Program-made: the position numbers and the translations under genes
In this document: positions 1 through 12,912 of the stretch, one piece after another
Numbering within the stretch: position 1 is the first letter of the stretch
How the letters are laid out: each line of letters opens with the position of its first letter
NCBI RefSeq assembly: GCF_006345805.1
Contig: NC_043002.1
Location: 71,610,001-71,674,000, forward strand
Length of the DNA stretch: 64,000 bases
Direction of reading: 5' to 3'
From: Octopus sinensis
Taxonomy: Eukaryota
Notes under the pieces: generated by a model
The model's input: only the letters and a program-made list of their open reading frames with translations
Told to the model about the DNA's origin: nothing
The model's database searches: none

Positions 1-227
1 ACCAAATACATTGTACACTTCACTATTCTCCGAGTATATATCAGGCATCCTGTTTCATTTATGGATTTGTGAACTACTATAAACGCACGCATCTTACCGA
101 CATCATCCTGCCAGACACACACTAGCGAAATGTACAAATTATAACACTGTAGCGTATTATGTAACATGATGAAGTATCTTATGTTGGGTGCATTCGACTT
201 CATTATATCGTACACCAACTGCTAGAG

Positions 228-263
228 AGCATTGCAGATGTAAGCCGAAACGATCGTCGTGCT
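228..263 (+). ncRNA. Degenerate type-I hammerhead-like motif (Penelope-type terminus)
   Basis: Stem I agcat/gtgct, GAAAC followed by palindromic stem III acgatcgt and a GTC triplet, AATAAA at 265-270. The CTGANGA box is decayed (tgcaga), so it is probably inactive. Confidence 0.3.
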
Positions 264-477
264 GAATAAAGCTTATAGTGCACTCAACTTTCCCTATCAA
301 TCATTTAAAATATACTAAACGTGTGCCGACGAAACATTGCGAAGATCCAGCGGCTAAACTGCAGTACAGCGGAAGATGCCTGGTAGCCGTAAGGGGTGAA
401 CGTGCTTTCAAGGCACACTACTAGGGACATACCCAAAACAAGATTTGGATACTGCATCTTAACGTTTCCTTTCTAGC

Positions 478-552
478 TGGGGGGAATACATACGCCATAG
501 AAACCGGGAAACCGAGCCCATGAGCCTGGCTAGGCTAGAAAAGGGTGCATAA
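478..552 (+). mobile_element. SINE 3' tail fragment (same tail type as the SINE at 20555-20856)
   Basis: gaaaccgggaaaccgagcccatgagcctggc resembles gaaaccgggaaatcgccccttatgagccaggc at about 20802-20830. Confidence 0.35.
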
Positions 553-806
553 ATAAATTTAAAAAATAATGATGTAGCAATAGTATATTGTGATTGGAAT
601 CCTCTGCATGATAGTACAAGAAAATGCAAATCTTTTTCAGCAAATGAAAATGCTGCCAACTAGAGTTTGCAAAATTTAACCACCACTATTTGTCTTTCCC
701 ATGGCGTGCATTCATTGAGAGGGTTTTGTAGCTACTCTATCCAAAATTAAGACATATTTACTTGCTCTGGAGATGTAATTATTGCAATCTCAGCAAAAAT
801 TCGAAT

Positions 807-859
<53 letters not shown>

Positions 860-1066
860 TGTATATGTATATATGAATACTAGATTGTGTATTTCTGTTT
901 TTTTCATAGAAGTTTGTTGCACTGAAAATTTCTGACAGGTATGTGAACGAACAGCATTATAAGAAGTGAAGATTAACATATGCGAGTGGCGATTATGTTT
1001 TTTGTGAGTGCTTAAAACGCATCCTAACTTGATAATGATTGTATAGACACTCGAATATTAAAATGC

Positions 1067-1105
<39 letters not shown>

Positions 1106-1523
1106 CTACACACACATGCTAGCACACGCGCACGCACACAAACATGTACATTACACTTACATATATATAAATATATATACATATATATATATGTTTGTAT
1201 ATAAGTATGTATATATATATGTATATATATATGTATATATATATATGTATATATATGTATAGAAACACATACGCACGCATGCATACAGACGGAAGCACAA
1301 ACACACATACTTACACACACACATATCCGTACGTATATATACATCACATATAGCAATACCTCAGCTTTTAAGAATCCATTCGTTCATTATGCTTAATATC
1401 TTTACTCAGAATATGTCATTTTTCCTACTTATGTAATTACCTTTGAAAAATGAGCTCTATAGAGAAATGTTTTCATCATCATCTTATATATGCACTCACA
1501 TACACACATACACAGACACACAT

Positions 1524-1602
<79 letters not shown>

Positions 1603-1631
1603 CATACGTACTTATTTCTATATACATATAC

Positions 1632-1678
<47 letters not shown>

Positions 1679-1747
1679 ATATATGTATGTATATATATAT
1701 ATGATATATATGTATATATATATATGCTTTAGTGGCTTTTCTTCCCA

Positions 1748-1880
1748 TTTTTTCAACGTTGCCCTTCATTTTACGGGGGTCGATTGAATAAAGAACCAGT
1801 TGAAAACCGGAGTCGATGTAATCAAGCAACCCTCTCCTATCAAAATTTCAAGCCTTTTCGCCTTTAGTAGAAAGGATGTT
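1748..1880 (+). mobile_element. tRNA-derived SINE family B, tail variant B2, 3' part (degenerate)
   Basis: ggggtcgat...accagttg...gtcgatgtaatc core, then a ccctctcc...aaaatttc..gcctt...tagaaaggat tail, like 22250-22480. Confidence 0.45.
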
Positions 1881-2044
1881 TTATATAAACAAATGTGTGT
1901 GCGTGTGCGTGTGCGTGTGTGTGTGCGTGTGTGTGTGTGTGTGTCTGTGTGTCTGTGTGAGTGTGTATGTATATACAAGATATTATTTATAGTAATTTAT
2001 TGAGGGGTACGTACCCTTTGAAACCACGTATCATTTTGACCCCC

Positions 2045-2468
2045 TTTTACTCTCTTTTAGTTGTTTCAGTCATTTGATTACGGCCATACTGGAGCACAGC
2101 CTTTAGTCGAGCAATTAGACCCCACGACTTATTCTTTGTAAGCCTAGTACTTATTCTATCAGTCCCTTTTGCCGAACCGCTAAGTTACGGCGACGTAAAC
2201 AAACCAGCAGCGGTTGTCAAGCAATGTTGGGAGGCCAAACACAGACACACAAACATATAGACACACATATACACACACATATATATATATATTATATATA
2301 TATATATACATATATACAACGGGCCTCTTTCAGTTTCCGTCTACCAAATCCACTCACAAGGTTTTGGTCGGCCCGAGGCTATAACACAAGACACTTACCC
2401 AAGGTGCCACGCAGTGGGAATCAACCCGGAACCATGTGGTTAGTAAGCAAGCTACTTACCACACGCCT
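2045..2468 (-). mobile_element. tRNA-derived SINE family A with internal (TA)/(TG) microsatellite
   Basis: Colinear with the copies at 33462-33876, 53761-54168 and 60351-60748. Pol III-like head and ggcggtgctccagcatggccgcagtcaaatgactgaaac-type tail. Confidence 0.85.
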
Positions 2469-3175
2469 ATTTCTTTTTTTGTTTTCAGTTTGGAATTTTT
2501 CTTTGTGTTAGAAATACATACATTAATCTGATAAATTACCACAATGAAAACAATAGAAGAGAAAACACCGATGAATTTACGTCAGGACAGTCATCAAGCA
2601 GTGATTACAAACTTTAGCAGGTGCATTGTACAGAGGCATTGCCGAGTGACCATGAGATCTGGGAAGCTAGAGATGTTTCTAAGAACGCAATGATAGCATT
2701 GAACAAGAACGATATGAGGCTATCTCTTGTTACTTTTAGGCTAGTTGATAATTTTGCGTGTATCTAACTTTAGTACGCAAAACTAATATTGATAAAACGC
2801 GTATGTGAACGAAGTTCTGCAAAGAAGAAAGCAATGATGTATTTAAAAGCGAATAAGACCAAAATGCTGAACAAATCTGAACGACGGAGGACGGTGGAGT
2901 TTTGGTCGTTATCATTTAGTTTGACGAATATATATATTGTTGAATGTGAAAGCCAGGTTTTTCAATGAATAGAAAAACACGAGTTGATGAGGGTAAAGGT
3001 ACTTTTGGTGATATGCAGAAATATAAATCATTTTTATTGTAAATCACTTAAATGGCACAGCATTCTGTCATAAATATTTTTTCAGCGGTTCTTTTTTATT
3101 TTTCAGAAAGATACAGCCCTCTGTCACAAGTAACGTTCAAACTTGGAACATAACTCTGAATTAAATATGAATTGG

Positions 3176-3588
3176 ATTCTACGTGCTCTGATAGCTTCCC
3201 AATAGAAATTGTATATGAACATTTTATAGAAGTTTGCGAACAAAATACTCAGAATTATCATCATCAATTGCATTGAAAGAAGCATTAACCGAACAAAAGT
3301 TAAACATGGATGACTGTCTGTCATCATTTAATCAAATTCATATCTAATTAAACTATCGTCATCATATTAAATAAAATAAGGATCCACAAGATGGAGCGAC
3401 GCAGTTTCACTCATCTTGAATATCTTATTTGAAGTTGAAGAATATAGATCAATCATGCGTCGTAATGATGTGACTATAAATTCATTGTTGTCTAATATAT
3501 ATGCGTAAATTCTGAGTATCTTGTTCGCAAACTTCTATAAAATGTTCATATACAATTTCTATAGGGAAGCTATCAGAGCACGTAGAAT
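3176..3588. mobile_element. MITE/foldback-like element with 81 bp terminal inverted repeats
   Basis: 3176-3256 is the reverse complement of 3508-3588 with 2 mismatches. About 250 bp non-coding spacer; no clear TSD. Confidence 0.7.
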
Positions 3589-3638
3589 ACATAGATACAT
3601 ACACACACACATACACATACACACACACAACACACAAC

Positions 3639-3675
<37 letters not shown>

Positions 3676-3940
3676 ATATTATATATATATATATATATAA
3701 TATAATATAATATAATATAATATAATATATTTTTTTATATATATTTTATTTATTATTTATGATTTGGTTTATGTCTATCATTGTTGAATTGCATAATAGT
3801 GGTTTTTCTCTAATATATATATATATATATATTTATATTGTGAGATTTGATTTAATACTAAATTGAATTTTCCTCTGTAAGTTTGGAGTTATACTCCCTA
3901 ATATTATTATTATTACACACACACACACACACACACACAC

Positions 3941-4011
<71 letters not shown>

Positions 4012-4014
<3 letters not shown>

Positions 4015-4430
4015 TAGAAGATCCTGGAAGGTATTGTGCCAAATTTTGGCATTGTAAGCTACACCAATGCTAGAACGGGACGACACTGCATAGTGCCAAA
4101 GATCCCAGCAATGCCATCACGCTTCAGGACCAGCTTCTGCAACAGCCTGGGTTTCAAGGGCCCACAACTTTTTAATATTCTCCCAAAGAGTCTGAGGAAC
4201 TTGCACAAAGTAGATGTAGCGGTTTTTAAATCAAAGCTGGACATCTTCCTGTCGAGTGTCCCAGATGAACCTACCTCACGGCAAGAGGTGCAAATGAGAG
4301 TAGCTATACCAAACTCCATTCTTCACCAAGTGCCACATATTAGATGAGGTTCTTCGCAATAACAGTGTAGCACAAAATGGCGGTGCATCAGCATGACCGC
4401 AGCTCTGAGCTGAAACTAGAGAAAAAAAAT
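4012..4430 (+). mobile_element. 5'-truncated CR1-group LINE, ORF2 C-terminus plus 3' UTR
   Basis: KILEGIVPN...GPQLFNILPKSLRN...FKSKLDIFLSSVPDEP...NSILHQ is a typical CR1-group C-terminus. It ends in ggcggtgcatcagcatgaccgcagctctgagctgaaac plus an A-rich tail. Confidence 0.8.
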
Positions 4431-4526
4431 ATAAATATATATATAATTATTAAAGAGCACAACAAACGTTAAGGCAAGGCAAACATCTCAAGTCATATAC
4501 ATTTTTATTTTTGGAAAAAAATCGAA

Positions 4527-4582
4527 GTCTTACAGTTGTTTCTGGGATATCCCAGAATATGGTATGTTCCGTCATCAGAGAC
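4527..4582 (-). ncRNA. Type-I hammerhead-like motif (Penelope-type), stem II disturbed by a short palindromic insertion
   Basis: Minus strand reads gtct-CTGATGA-(29 nt)-GAAAC-aact-GTA-agac: perfect stem I, near-palindromic stem III, GUA triplet, AATAAA shortly downstream. Confidence 0.55.
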
Positions 4583-5364
4583 AAATAGGAAAAATGAGAA
4601 GGGTATATATTGATGAAATGACGATATAGAGTAAGGGAGTAAAGGAATAAGGAGATGAATAGAAAGAAGAAAGAAGAAACACATATATACATACATACAT
4701 ACATAATTACATACATACATGCATGCATGCATACATACATACATACATACATACATACATACATACATACATACATACATACATACATACATACATACAT
4801 ACATCTGTACATACAAACAGACGTGTATAACTGCCAGCTTGTATCGTAGTGCGATAGGTTGAGCTACGGTGGATCACCCGCGTAATCACTCACAATGCGA
4901 TAACGGTAATATGATAAGAGATATCCATTATCTCTCATCAGTTCATAACACTCCACTATGTGGTATTCGATGCTGAGGAGGAAATAACCACTTCAAACTG
5001 CATGCATTCATCAGATTGGTAAAAGGGAACTTCAGAATGATTTGATGTGTTTATTCTTATTTGTCTACAGCGAAAAATTTTCTTCATGATAAAACACAGG
5101 GAATGGCTTTCTTACGAGTTCGGAGATGCCCCAAACATAATTGAACAGATAACATGTATATAAACACAACGTGTGTGTGTATATATGTATTATATATGTA
5201 TACAAAGGTAAAATGCGTGTATATTGTATATATCAGTGTGTGCGCTCGCGTGTTTGTACATGTGCCCGCGCATGTAAAATGTTACTATTTTCTGAGATAT
5301 ATATATGTATGTCATGTATTTCTCTCTATCTCTTACTCACTCTCTTTCTCTCTTTCTGTATGTA

Positions 5365-5385
5365 TGTATCTATATATATATATAT

Positions 5386-5421
<36 letters not shown>

Positions 5422-5487
5422 TATGTGTGTGTGGTTATATATATATATATATTATATATATATATATACACACATATATATATAATG

Positions 5488-5523
<36 letters not shown>

Positions 5524-5558
5524 AATATATACACCACACACATACATATATATATATG

Positions 5559-5591
<33 letters not shown>

Positions 5592-5689
5592 TATATTAAT
5601 ATATTACACACACATATATATATATATATGTATGTATATATACATATATATATATATATTAATATAAATATATATTATATATATATTAT

Positions 5690-5748
<59 letters not shown>

Positions 5749-5760
5749 CATATATATATA
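5365..5760. repeat. Large interrupted (TA)n array; representative of many others (about 810-850, 14745-14975, 33876-34010, 57700-57994)
   Basis: Directly visible; these arrays generate most of the IYIY/HTHT/CVCV ORFs in the track. Confidence 0.95.
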
Positions 5761-6276
5761 GTACATACTATATTGATATATAGAGAAGTATAATGGTGTA
5801 TTAAAAACCAGTCGATAATATTCTTAATTTGTTGGAATTATTTGTAAACATGAAAAGAGAAGATACAAATTTTCTCAGTTAATTTGCATAAATGAAATTG
5901 AAATAAGATACGAAAAATAACCGTAGGTGGCGAATGACCTACACTATAAAGGTTTTCTAAACCGTTTTTCTTTCTTTTTTTTTTTTAATGTCTCTTTTGT
6001 CTCCAGGCAAAACAGACTAGCGTTCCTTCAGACTACAACATTTCCTTCTTGGCAGTTGTTTTCGCTTTTTCGACGATAAGAGAATGTTTGACCTTGCTTT
6101 CCTATGTTTTTTTTCTTTCTCCTATTTCTCATCATGTGCAGGCGATTTTCCTGGCAACTTTTAATTATATCCTCTATGCTTCCGGCCTGTATAGTATGGT
6201 GAATAGTACTATTATTTGGTGCTTTCAAACCATCTAGTTGTGAAAAGTATTTTCATTGAGAATTAAAATAGAATCC

Positions 6277-6464
6277 AATTGCAGCGTGGAAGGTGTTTGT
6301 AAGCCATTTAAGAAGCACACAAAAGTCGTTCGATTCACTTCAACATTTAAATTTAATTTGTCAAAATATTTTCGTCGCTTTAAGACCGCTGACAAAAATC
6401 CCACGAATTGAACGACTTTTGTGTGTTTCTTAAATGGCTTACAAACACCTTCCACGCTGCAATT
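6277..6464. mobile_element. Short MITE with ~60 bp TIRs
   Basis: 6277-6336 is the reverse complement of 6405-6464 with 2 mismatches. The internal caaaatattttcgtcgcttt segment recurs at about 37990-38045. Confidence 0.75.
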
Positions 6465-6591
6465 CTTTTCGTTTCAGCACACGATCTCAGATCAAATCAC
6501 TTGCTATGCAAGTACATCTCCGTATTTAAAATAGAATGTTTCAGATTATTTGCTGAAAATAATTCTAGCCAATATGTTATGCACAATTAAT

Positions 6592-6692
6592 GCAGCGAGC
6601 TGGTAAAATCATTAACACGCCGGGCAAAATGCTTAGCGGTATTTCGTCCGTCTTTACGTTCTGAGTTCAAATTCCACCGAGATTATTAGTGG
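6592..6692 (+). mobile_element. SINE family B head only (truncated where the opposite-strand SINE E begins)
   Basis: gcgagctgg...gccgggcaaaatgcttagcggtatttcgtc...gagttcaaattccaccgag matches the head of 12583-12813. Confidence 0.75.
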
Positions 6693-6694
6693 AC

Positions 6695-7083
6695 TGCATA
6701 TCGTGGCATTCTGTCGGTTACGACGACGAGGGTTCCAGTTAATCCGATCAACAGAACAGCCTGCTCATGAAATTAATGTGCAAGTGGCTGAGTACTCCAC
6801 AGACATGTGTACCTTTAACGTAGTTGTCGAGGAGATTCAGCGTGACACAGAGTGTGACAAAGCTGGACCTTTGAAATACAGCCACAACAGAAACAGGAAG
6901 AAAGAATGTGAGAAAGTTGTGGTGAAAGAGTACAGCAGGGTTCGCCACCACCCCCTGCCGGAGCCTCGTGAAGATTTAGGGGTTTTCGCTCAATAAACAC
7001 TCACAACGCCCTGTATGGGAATACGAAATCGCGATCCTACAACAGCGAGCCGACTGCTCTACCCACTGGGCCATTGCGCCTCC
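6695..7083 (-). mobile_element. tRNA-derived SINE family E, tail variant 1
   Basis: Minus-strand head ggaggcgcaatggcccagtgg (A-box-like) and degenerate B box. The central ggcgaaccctgctgtactctttcaccacaactttctc is shared with 20555-20856. Confidence 0.7.
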
Positions 7084-7276
7084 ACGGACTACATATGTAA
7101 CCATGTTTAAACCTAACTTTCGAGGCAGCATCGTATTTGTGACCGGCTAGCGTTATTTATATTATTAATCTAGTAGTTTACATTAAGTTCTTCGTGAAGC
7201 TTGAGGCTGTGTTATTCAGAGAATAATCATAAACTACATGGGAGCGGGATATATTGAATGATGTGCAATCTAAGAG

Positions 7277-7377
<101 letters not shown>

Positions 7378-7399
7378 GGTGTGAGTGTGTTGTGTGGTG

Positions 7400-7430
<31 letters not shown>

Positions 7431-7686
7431 TGTGTTGTATGTATTCGTGCGTAATACTTTACTGAAATATTCATGTATCAAATATCATGTATGAATTAGA
7501 ATATTTATATTTATATAATTTTTCCATTATATTTTACCCCGTTTTTATACATATATAAGTATGTATGTATGTATGTATGTATGTATGTATATACGTATTA
7601 TGTACGTATGTATGTAATGTATTACTATAACAAAAATTTTTAAATATACATCTGCCTCCAGCCTCCCTTCGCTGCTGTTGTCCATT

Positions 7687-7721
<35 letters not shown>

Positions 7722-8249
7722 GTAGTTTCTGGTACCGACGATGAAACCGCTAATACTTCCGCTGAAGACTCCTTTTGGCTGATCTCTTATCTCCAGTATT
7801 TTTTTACTGTGTCCTCTATAGATGGGTGAAATTCTAATTCTCTCTTCGCATTGTAAGAAATATCTATGTGTAAATGCTTTATTTGCTTTCTTATGTGTGT
7901 CCGTTTGTGTGTGTGTGTGTGTGCGTGTGCATAAATGTGAGTGTGTGTCTGTGTGAGTGTGTGTCTGTGTGAGTCTGTGTCTGTGTGAGTGTGTGTCTGT
8001 GTGTGTGTGTGTGTGCATGCTCGAGTGTACGTCCGAATGTGTATAGTACTGCAGTCGTCATTTGTCTGGTGTCGGCTGTTAAGCTGTTATCAAACTAATG
8101 ACGGCTTGTAACCCGAAACTTCGAAGTCACAAGCGTTCATTTCCATGTAAACATAAGTATGGTGCCATTGTAAATGCTATTGAATGATCCTTCAATTTTA
8201 TATTCAACTCTTTTTTTATATACAGCTTCACATAAAAGACAAATGTGTA

Positions 8250-8299
<50 letters not shown>

Positions 8300-9409
8300 T
8301 GTGTGAGTGCGTCTGAATGTGTGTTGTGTGTTATCCTATAATCACACTGACGTTACTATTTCCTTCATGGAGCACATACGACTATACACATTGCGATATT
8401 TGCGCATAAATGCACACACATTTGATAAAATGTCTTTAGGAAATATAATAAAAGAAATAAAATAAAATGAAAATAGAGATGTACGCAGAACTATTTTATC
8501 AAAGAGTTTGAAAATAAAGAAATAAATACATAAAAAATATAAGAAAAAAACAGGAAATAATAAACAGAAAGAAGTAACACTATTGAGCTTTAGCGATAAT
8601 TCTCAAAAGAAACGCAGACATTTATATAATCAAAACAATACTATGTCTTTCAGCTTCACAATTCATGTTATCTGGCCAATGTTGATTCCGATTTGGTGTC
8701 TTGTTTAAAAGAAATATTCTCAAAGAAAACATTTAGATATATAATATATATAGCTTGTGGCGAACTATAATCCTGGTGAGAATTAACATAGAATGTCTCG
8801 GTTTTTGTCGAGAGCTATTTTAGCCAATATATGAGGTAGTAGTAAAACTTTTGTCAGTTAAATTGCTATGTATATGTGTGTGCCCACGTAATGGCCATGT
8901 ATATATTAACACAGTTATACACACATTCTTATATATGTGCTATGTGTGCAAGCGCGCGTGTGTGTGTATGGGGTGCGTGTATAGAATCGAATCCTTCATA
9001 ATTTTTCCCCATCTTCTCAATATCGGATGTTATGAATACAGAGTGTTTTTTTTTTTCTTTTCAGATATTGCAGAGCTACAGCATCAGTTTTCTTCCCCAA
9101 GCTCATGATCACAGTTAAACAAGTATGTACGTTGACTGTGGATTTAATCTATTTTCGTATTTTAGAAAAATAGGAGATACTATATTGCTGCTCGATCTCC
9201 TAAATATATCAGTCAACTCTCCCTCAAATCACAATTTTACGTCATCAACTAGAAAGGACATGTATTTGGTCATAGATTGTTATCGATCAGGGATGATTGA
9301 TATTAACGGCGGAGTATATACAGTGTCGCATAATCTTCTACAAGATACATCCAAATCACCTTCATACCAGAATAAAGCCACTTTAAGAAAACGTCACTTT
9401 GCTTATATA

Positions 9410-9977
9410 TAGGGTTGTCCGGAAAGTTCGTGCCGATTTTTAAAGGAAAGAAAAAGGTCAATAAATACTTGCCATTACATTTTTGATCAACCAAATATGA
9501 ACCATTTTGTTGAACAATGCGTCTCCATCTTTCCTTTAACTTGAAAATACTATCTTTCCAGAATTGAGGTGGTTTCATTGCAAGGACTTCACCAAGGTAT
9601 CTTTTTACGTCATTCAAGGAATTGAAATTATTACCATTAAGCCTATTCTGCAGAGACCTGAATAAGTGGAAATCCCAAGGGGCAATGTCTCGTGAATATG
9701 GAGGGCAGGGTAACACATCCTAGCCGAGCTGCAGCAAATTTTGTCTGGTTCCCAAAGCATCAAGTGCCGAAAATAAACTTTTTTATCTTCCGTTTTAAAG
9801 GATTACAGAATTAACACAGGATATAGGAACATAAACCTTCTTCCACGAAAAGATAGCTTAAACTGTGCTCTCTAAATGGAGGTGTAGTCAAATCCTATTT
9901 TATGGACTCAACCATGTTCTAAAGTAAGTCGAAAGGTAAGCTACTATAAATCGGCACGAAGTTTCTGGACAACCCAA
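9410..9977 (-). mobile_element. Mariner (Tc1/mariner) internal-deletion derivative retaining the transposase C-terminus
   Basis: TIRs t(a/t)gggttgtcc(g/a)gaaa(g/c)ttcgtgccgattt flanked by TA. Minus strand encodes LPCPPYSRDIAPWDFHLFRSLQN...ERWRRIVQQNGSY (the mariner YSPDLAPSD motif), fused by deletion to the transposase N-terminus. Confidence 0.9.
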
Positions 9978-10080
9978 TATATAGTTCTAAATATACTATG
10001 TCTGAAAGAAAAAACATAGAATTGTTAAGGCAAAAACCCTTTCATCACAGGTCTCTGGGAACAATGTGGAGCTGCGTTGT

Positions 10081-10135
10081 CTTTTACTTGTTTCAGTCAT
10101 TTGACTGCGATGACGCTGGGACACCGCCTCCTCGA
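10081..10135 (-). mobile_element. SINE A tail fragment
   Basis: cttttacttgtttcagtcatttgactgcg...caccgcct. Confidence 0.65.
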
Positions 10136-11782
10136 AGAGTTTAAACAAAAGATTCAACTTCCTTTCTAAATTTAAAGTCTGGTAATTAAACTATCGTTGG
10201 GTTACAAGGATACAAACAGGGCAACATCTGTTGCCGAGCGCTAAGTGTGAAGCAAGCATAAAGACTCATACTCATATTTGTATAGGTACCTGTATAAATG
10301 TATAGATATACACGCTTCCATGCATGCATATATTTTCTTTGGTCAATACACATATATTTTCTTTGGTCAATTATTATTATTATTATCATTGTCAACATTA
10401 TTATTATTATTAAATGCTTGGTGGCGTTTCTCCCGTCTTCACATTGAGATCAAATTCTGCTCTAGTAACACCTTTCAGCGTGTCCCCTCCACACACGTTC
10501 ACACACACCCACATCGGCAACATTCGTTAATTTCTTGAAAATGTGGTCAAAACCCCGAAATATTGAATACAAGGTAAATCTACATTAATTCATATGTTTG
10601 TTTTCTTGTGATTTGCTGGTAACAAAACATTGTCAATTTACTACGACAATGTTTTTGCTTCCTTTTTGTAACTACAAGGATAAAACCTTTTATATTTTCT
10701 TCCCTATTTCAACGAGAGGAGGACAAAACGGTTGTGAACAATCTTTAGACTATGACACTAAACTGATGTATCTTATTTACCGGTGACGTGTCAGTTTATC
10801 GAAAGCAATTGATCGGAGTAGAATAAAGGAAACAGTCACTCCAAAACATTTAACTGATCAATGTAACGATTACTCAAATAAAAAAAAAGTTTAATCGAAT
10901 TATGGCAATTATTAACAATACGAAAAATGATTTAAAAGAAAAAGATAACACTGTTTCTAATCTGGTAATGCTTAAGTGAAATATTAAAACACTTGATTAT
11001 TTCTTTTTCCAATCAAAATTTATGATATTTTTCCATGTATCATGTTTATGTTTACAAACTTAAAAATCAATGTAGTTTATAAATAAAGCTTCTTTTTGGA
11101 TTTTATCATATCCCGTACGAAACCAATAGTAATTGTATCAATTTTCAAAGTGGTAATAACGTTTTTATAGTATGTAATTATTTAAAGGTGCTATAATCTA
11201 TGAGATTATAACGCTTATATATATATATTCATATGAATGTGTATAAATGTGTGTAAGTATGTGGGTAGTGGGAGATATGCGTGTGTGTATATGTGTGTGT
11301 GTATTTGCTTTTATAAATTCTATGTATATGAAACTATTCAATTCACTCGAATTATCCTATGATTGACATTAGCCTTCCAGGTGAAATTGTGCAGGAAACA
11401 AGGAAATTAGTAACTCGAGAAATGGGGCTCCTGTCAGCTACATAGTGGCCTGACGTTGACTTGCTGAAGCACTCATTTCTCTCTATCTATCTATTTACAT
11501 CTCTGTCTCCCTCACACATACATACATACACATACACACACATATACACACACATACACACACATAGACACACACAGACAAACTAACAAAAGGTCACATA
11601 TGTACATAAATATTTATACATGTATACGTGTGTATATAGATGTGTACGTGTGTCTATATACAGGTATATTTATTCGTGCAAAAACATATAAATAATACAT
11701 ACATACATGTTTGTTCCACATTCTCATTTAATATGTCTGAGAATTTAAAGGAACGTAAGCTATATCTTCAGAAGAATATATA

Positions 11783-11942
11783 TCGTCTTCCCTTCTTTAG
11801 ACTTTTTCTATATTTCTGATGAAGAGCTCCGCTCGAAACGTGAAATGCTCTTTTCTTTCCTTTCCGGAACGTCCAATAACTCTGTACTTATTCCATGTCC
11901 TCGCGTTGTCGTTTCTTCTTGTTTGTTCATGTTAGGATTGAC
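11783..11942 (+). mobile_element. Penelope-like terminal repeat fragment carrying a hammerhead motif (second copy at 33179-33340)
   Basis: About 160 bp colinear with 33179-33340, both ending against (TA)n; contains the hammerhead core. Confidence 0.6.
11812..11846 (+). ncRNA. Minimal type-I hammerhead ribozyme motif (GUG triplet, predicted non-cleaving)
   Basis: attt-CTGATGA-a-gagc/tcc/gctc-GAAAC-GTG-aaat, with perfect 4 bp stems I and II. Confidence 0.65.
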
Positions 11943-12015
11943 TATATATATGTATGTGTGTGTATGTGTGTGTGTGTTGTGTGTGTGTACACACACACAC
12001 ACTCCCTCTCTCTCC

Positions 12016-12081
<66 letters not shown>

Positions 12082-12109
12082 GAGAGAGAGAGAGAATGTA
12101 AACATACAT

Positions 12110-12296
12110 ATTTTAAGTACAGGACGTCACCAATGAGCGAAATATACGTAAACACACAACGAGAGACAAGTACGAGACAAAATACCAAAAGAAGTCAAAC
12201 TCCTCCTAAGTTGTCGATTGTTTATTACTACCTGGCGGTGCCCCAGCATGGCCACAGCTCATAAGCTGAAACTAGAATCAATCAATCAATCAATCA
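12110..12296 (+). mobile_element. Very short 3' end of a CR1-group LINE with (TCAA)n tail
   Basis: ggcggtgccccagcatggccacagctcataagctgaaactag matches the LINE end at 4378-4420 and is followed by (tcaa)5. Confidence 0.6.
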
Positions 12297-12395
12297 AAAC
12301 CTGTTTCGAGCTTTTAACGACAGGACAAGAAAACTTCATAAGACAGCAGCATCTAGAAATTTTTAAAATATAAAACTTCTGGAGTGTTAGGGCTT

Positions 12396-12912
12396 CGAAC
12401 GAACAAACGACACCAGAGAAACGATCGACGAAGATAGACGTTTAGAGCCGTTATGCCAAAACGAATTGTAACAGGTAATGCCTGGGATAAATTTTGAGAG
12501 GATATAGAATATATGGTAGAGAAAATACAGAAGCGAAAAAAAAATATATCAAGAGGCGAGGGAAATGACGTCCAGGTGTTACCCAGCGGCGAGCTGGCAG
12601 AAACGTTAGCACACCGGGCGAAATGCGTAGCCGTATTTCGTCTGCCGTTACGTTCCGAGTTCAAATTCCGCCGAGGTCGACTTTGCCTTTCATCCTTTCG
12701 GGGTCGATAAATTAAGTACCAGTTACGCACTGGGGTCGATATAATCGACTTAATCCGTTTGTCCGTCCTTGTTTGTCCTCTCTGTGTTTAGCCAATGTGG
12801 GTAGTAAAGACATAGGTGTTACACATTAGAATTCGTCTTGGCCTGACGGCCCTAAACATCTATCGTCATCGATCGTTTCCGTTCGTCCGGTCTGGTGTGG
12901 TTTGTTCGTTCG
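12396..12912. mobile_element. Older foldback/MITE with ~90 bp inverted arms, right arm split by a SINE
   Basis: 12396-12486 pairs with 12571-12582 plus 12823-12912, with several mismatches and one ~12 nt indel. Confidence 0.6.
12583..12813 (+). mobile_element. tRNA-derived SINE family B, tail variant B1, full length
   Basis: A-box-like ggcgagctggcagaaacgttagc and B-box-like gagttcaaattcc; 9 bp TSD aggtgttac at 12574-12582 and 12814-12822. Confidence 0.88.

Noticed and set aside
4905-4945. Minus-strand CTGATGA followed by a gagata/tatctc hairpin
   Set aside because: No GAAA after stem II and no stem I or III; only an ~11 bp hairpin.
7644-7829. Thr-rich open frame followed by an aromatic stretch, resembling a mucin stalk or GPI tail
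   Set aside because: The Thr run is an (ACT)11 microsatellite, the frame ends FFTVSSIDG-stop, and the acceptor is weak.
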